64,000 nucleotides of DNA from assembly GCA_041567315.1 (NCBI GenBank), contig JBFGCA010000004.1, positions 20,922 through 84,921 of the forward strand, in the 5' to 3' direction. Below, one piece after another: positions 60,858 through 64,000 of the stretch. The first letter of the stretch is position 1; every line of letters begins with the position of its first letter. Source of the stretch: Thermoanaerobaculia bacterium (lineage in GTDB: Bacteria; Acidobacteriota; Thermoanaerobaculia; Multivoradales; JAHEKO01). The notes beneath the pieces were generated by a model. That model was not told the DNA's origin. It saw only the letters and a program-made list of their open reading frames with translations, and ran no database searches. Position numbers and translations under genes: made by a program.

Positions 60858-62498
60858 GTGTCCCCCATCTGGGCGCTGCTCTTGATGCTGGCGGCCCCCT
60901 GGCCGCTCGCTGCCGCCGAGGCCGACGGCTGGTCGCGGCTGACCAGCGCCAACTTCACGCTGCTCAGCAACGCCGACCCGGCGGCGGCGGCCGGCGTCGC
61001 CGTCGGCCTCGAGCGGTTCCGGGCCGCTTTCGCCAGCCTCGCCCCCGAGCTCGAGCTGCGCTCGCCGGTGCCGATGAAGATCTTCGTCTTCCGCGACGCG
61101 GCGGCCTACGCCCCCTACAAGACGGCGGCCGACGGCGAAGGCGCCCGGATCCTCGGCCAGTTCCTCAGCCACCCCGACGCCGCCTACATCACCCTCGACG
61201 GCGGCGCCGCGGCGGTCGACGCGCTGACGCTGATCCACCACGAGTTCGTCCACCACGTCATGCGGGCCAGCCTGCCGCGGGTGCCGCTATGGCTCCACGA
61301 GGGGCTGGCCGAGTACTACAGCACCTTCGGGACCGACGGCCGCTTCGCCTACCTCGGCGAGCCGGTGGCGCGCCACCTGGCCTGGCTGGAGCGCCACCAG
61401 GAGCTGGGGCTGGAGGAGGTGCTGGCCGAGAGCGCCGGGCACCGGAGCGGGCGCCAGGAGCGCGGACACGGCCCGCTGCAGCAGGCCGGCCGCTTCTACG
61501 CCGTCTCCTGGGCGCTGACCCACTATCTGCTGAGCGGCGACGAGGGGCGGCTGGCCGGTATGGCCGAGCTGCTGGTCCGCCTGCACGACGGCGAGGACGG
61601 CGTCGCCGCCTTCGCGGCCGCCTTCGAGCAGTCGCCCCGCGAGCTGGAGCGGGAGCTGCGCCGCTATCTGCTGGCCGGCGGGCTCGCCCCGGCGGCCCTG
61701 CCCCTGGGCCGGCTGGGCGTGGTCGAGTCGGTGGGCGTCGAGCCGGCGCCCCCGGCCGAGGTGCTGGTCGAGCTGGGCGGGCTGCTGGCCCACGCCGGGC
61801 GGACCGAGGCGGCCGAGGCCCATCTGCGGCGCGCTCTGGACCTCCAGCCCGAGCTGGCGCGCGCCTACGCCTGGCTGGGCCACATACGGGCCCGCGAGGG
61901 CCGCCAACCGGAGGCCGAGGCGCTGTTCGCACGGGCCCTCGAGCTGGGGGCCGGCGACGCCCTCAGCTTCGTGCTCTACGGGCGGCACCTGCTGGCCGTC
62001 GCCGAGACGGCGAGCGAGCCCGAGGAGCGGCGCCGGACGGCGACCGCCGCCCGCACCGTGCTGGCGGTGGCGACCGAGCTGGCCCCCGACTTCGCCGAGG
62101 CGCGGGCGCTGCTGGGCTACGCGCAGCTCCTCGAAGGGGGGGACCCGGCGGCCGGGCTGGCCGAGATGACGGCGGCCCGCGAGCGGCTGCCGGGACGCAT
62201 GGACCTCGCCTTCCACCAGCTCCAGCTCCATCTGCGGCTGGGGGAGAGCGACCGCGCCCGGGGGCTGCTCGAGGGCGTCCTCGAGCCGCTGGCCGACCCG
62301 GAGCTGACCGTCCAGGCCCGTGAGGCGATCGAGCGCAGCGCGTTGCTGCTGGAGGCCAACCAGGCGCTCCGCCAGGGGCGGGTCGAGCGGGCGCTCGAGC
62401 TGATCGACCACGCCATCGCGGTGACCAGCGACGACGGGCTGCGCGACGCCATGGAGGACCGGCGGCGCGACCTCGAGCGGCGGTCGGGAGGGCGCTGA
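60858..62498 (+). CDS. Secreted putative zinc metallopeptidase (DUF1570-like HExxH) with C-terminal TPR repeats
   Basis: Signal peptide (VSPIWALLLMLAAPWPLAAA), LIHHEFVHHV HExxH-type motif, then TPR units. GTG start within ORF 60684..62498. Confidence 0.55.
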   Translation: MSPIWALLLMLAAPWPLAAAEADGWSRLTSANFTLLSNADPAAAAGVAVGLERFRAAFASLAPELELRSPVPMKIFVFRDAAAYAPYKTAADGEGARILGQFLSHPDAAYITLDGGAAAVDALTLIHHEFVHHVMRASLPRVPLWLHEGLAEYYSTFGTDGRFAYLGEPVARHLAWLERHQELGLEEVLAESAGHRSGRQERGHGPLQQAGRFYAVSWALTHYLLSGDEGRLAGMAELLVRLHDGEDGVAAFAAAFEQSPRELERELRRYLLAGGLAPAALPLGRLGVVESVGVEPAPPAEVLVELGGLLAHAGRTEAAEAHLRRALDLQPELARAYAWLGHIRAREGRQPEAEALFARALELGAGDALSFVLYGRHLLAVAETASEPEERRRTATAARTVLAVATELAPDFAEARALLGYAQLLEGGDPAAGLAEMTAARERLPGRMDLAFHQLQLHLRLGESDRARGLLEGVLEPLADPELTVQAREAIERSALLLEANQALRQGRVERALELIDHAIAVTSDDGLRDAMEDRRRDLERRSGGR

Positions 62499-62500
62499 CC

Positions 62501-63709
62501 GTGGTCCACCGCGCCATCCCGCAGCACACCGTCGCCGGGGCCGACCAGGGCTTCGAGGCCCTCGGTCTGAGCGCGCCGGTGCTGGACTGCCTGCGCCGCC
62601 TCGGCTTCGAGCGTCCGACCCCGATCCAGGCCGCGGTGCTGCCGCCGGCGCTGGCCGGCCGTGACCTGGTGGGGCTGGCCGAGACCGGCTCGGGCAAGAC
62701 CGCCGCCTTTGGCCTGCCGGTGGTCGAGAGCCTGGCCCGGCGGCCCGGGACCCACGCGCTGATCCTGTCGCCGACGCGTGAGATCGCGCTCCAGAGCCTG
62801 GCCTTCGTCGAGGTCGTCGGCGCCGCCCACGGGCTCGAGACGGTGTGCGTGATCGGCGGCGTCCGCTTCAAGCCCCAGATCGACGGCCTGCGCCGCGGCG
62901 TCGAGCTGGTGCTCGCCACCCCGGGGCGGCTGCTGGACCACCTGCGCCGCGGCAACGCCCGCTTCGACCGGGTGCGCGAGGTGGTGATCGACGAGGCCGA
63001 CCACATGCTCGACCTCGGCTTCCTGCCCCAGATCAACGCCGTCTTCGAGGCGCTGCCGGCCGAGCGGCGGACGATGATGTTCTCGGCCACCATGCCCGAC
63101 GGAGTGGCGCGGCTGGCGGCGCGCTTCCTTCGCGACCCGGTGCGGGTCGACCTGCGCCCCGAGGGCCGGGTGGCGGAGGGCATCCGTCATCGCCTCTACC
63201 TGGTCGACCGCGACGACAAGAAGCCGTGTCTGCTCGCGCTCGCCCGCGGCGAGCCCGGCAGCATGCTGGTCTTCATGCGCCGCAAGGTGGACGCCGAGTG
63301 GGCCTGCCGCCAGCTCGAGCTGGAGGGCCATCCGGTGGAGCGCATCCACTCCGACCGCACCCAGGGGCAGCGGGTGCGGGCGCTCGACGGTTTCCGCGAG
63401 GGCGAGCACCGCATCCTGGTGGCGACCGACATCGCCGCCCGCGGCCTCGACATCCCGCGCATCCGGCACATCGTCAACTTCGACCTGCCGGCCACCGTCG
63501 AGGACTACGTCCACCGCGCCGGCCGCACCGCCCGCGGCAAGGCCGAGGGGCTGGTCTCCACCATCGCCACCTGGCGCGACAAGTCGATGGTGCGCGACAT
63601 CGAGCTGGCTCTCGGTGAGAAGCTGGAGCGCTCGACCGCCCCCGGCGTCGAGCCCTACGTCGAGCTCAACCGTGGCCCACGCCGCCGCATCCGGCGCCGG
63701 CTGCTGTAG
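62501..63709 (+). CDS. DEAD-box ATP-dependent RNA helicase
   Basis: Motifs AETGSGKT, PTRELA-like, DEAD (VIDEADHML), SAT and HRAGRTAR. GTG start. Confidence 0.9.
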   Translation: MVHRAIPQHTVAGADQGFEALGLSAPVLDCLRRLGFERPTPIQAAVLPPALAGRDLVGLAETGSGKTAAFGLPVVESLARRPGTHALILSPTREIALQSLAFVEVVGAAHGLETVCVIGGVRFKPQIDGLRRGVELVLATPGRLLDHLRRGNARFDRVREVVIDEADHMLDLGFLPQINAVFEALPAERRTMMFSATMPDGVARLAARFLRDPVRVDLRPEGRVAEGIRHRLYLVDRDDKKPCLLALARGEPGSMLVFMRRKVDAEWACRQLELEGHPVERIHSDRTQGQRVRALDGFREGEHRILVATDIAARGLDIPRIRHIVNFDLPATVEDYVHRAGRTARGKAEGLVSTIATWRDKSMVRDIELALGEKLERSTAPGVEPYVELNRGPRRRIRRRLL

Positions 63710-63738
63710 GGCGCTCCCGCTCTCCTGCGGACCCGCCG

Positions 63739-64000
63739 GTGAGCGACCCCGAGCTGCTGATCGACGGGCCGCCGCGGGCGCCGCTCACCCTGCTGCTGGC
63801 GCACGGCGCCGGGGCCGGCATGGAGACCCCGTTCATGGCCGCGATGGCGGCCGGCGTCGCCGCCGCTGGCTTCCGGGTGGCCCGCTTCGAGTTCCCCTAC
63901 ATGCGGCGGCGCCGCCAGACCGGCAAGCGGGGCGCCCCCGACCGCCGACCGGTGCTGGAGCAGGCCTTCCGCGACGCCGTGGCCGCCGCCGGCGATCCCG
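63739..64000 (+). CDS. Alpha/beta-hydrolase-fold protein (3'-partial at window end)
   Basis: GTG start. LTLLLAHGAGAGMETPFM dienelactone-hydrolase/KANL3-like N-terminus. Runs off the window. Confidence 0.45.
   Translation, partial: MSDPELLIDGPPRAPLTLLLAHGAGAGMETPFMAAMAAGVAAAGFRVARFEFPYMRRRRQTGKRGAPDRRPVLEQAFRDAVAAAGDP

Overview
This 64-kb window is a very high-GC (about 70%) bacterial chromosomal segment. It is densely coding on both strands. I found no rRNA, tRNA, CRISPR array, transposase or integrase. I call about 46 protein-coding genes. The six-frame track also contains many very long antisense or read-through ORFs; I attribute these to stop-codon depletion at this GC content and do not treat them as genes.

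Recognisable content, in order along the window:
- a ZnuA/ZnuB-type metal ABC transporter (the 5' gene is cut by the window edge)
- an RND efflux pair (membrane-fusion protein plus pump), a MATE exporter, and a PhoU-like gene next to a Na/Pi cotransporter
- an ATP-grasp enzyme beside an orphan phage-tail-tube (T4 gp19 / PF06841-like) protein
- a large secreted BNR/Asp-box (sortilin-like) protein
- a run of secreted peptidases and amidohydrolases: D-aminoacylase, an HtrA-family protease, a penicillin acylase, two M16 peptidases (one apparently frameshifted), an M19 dipeptidase and a DUF885 peptidase
- a cupredoxin lipoprotein
- cysteine synthase
- a TPR protein coupled to a PDZ/GAF/PP2C phosphatase
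- the NHEJ pair LigD and Ku, separated by a class A penicillin-binding protein
- a receiver-domain/Hanks kinase fusion, moaA, hpt, and a sulfotransferase followed by two tandem NPP/alkaline-phosphatase-family paralogs
- two PilZ-domain paralogs (one carrying a C-terminal AMIN domain), efp, a DEAD-box helicase and several TPR proteins.

The most interesting locus is a roughly 1.5-kb cassette at about 29155-30653 with clearly lower GC (about 55-63%). It is bounded by a perfect 25-bp direct repeat that duplicates the cysteine-synthase 3' terminus, with a displaced cysK 3'-end remnant on the far side. It carries a single 444-aa ORF rich in rare codons. The N-terminal half of that ORF looks like tandem TIR-like / flavodoxin-fold domains. 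I read this as a horizontally inserted single-gene candidate immune or NADase-type module. That reading rests on sequence pattern alone, not on any search.

All coordinates come from the ORF track plus hand indexing and may be off by 1-2 nt.
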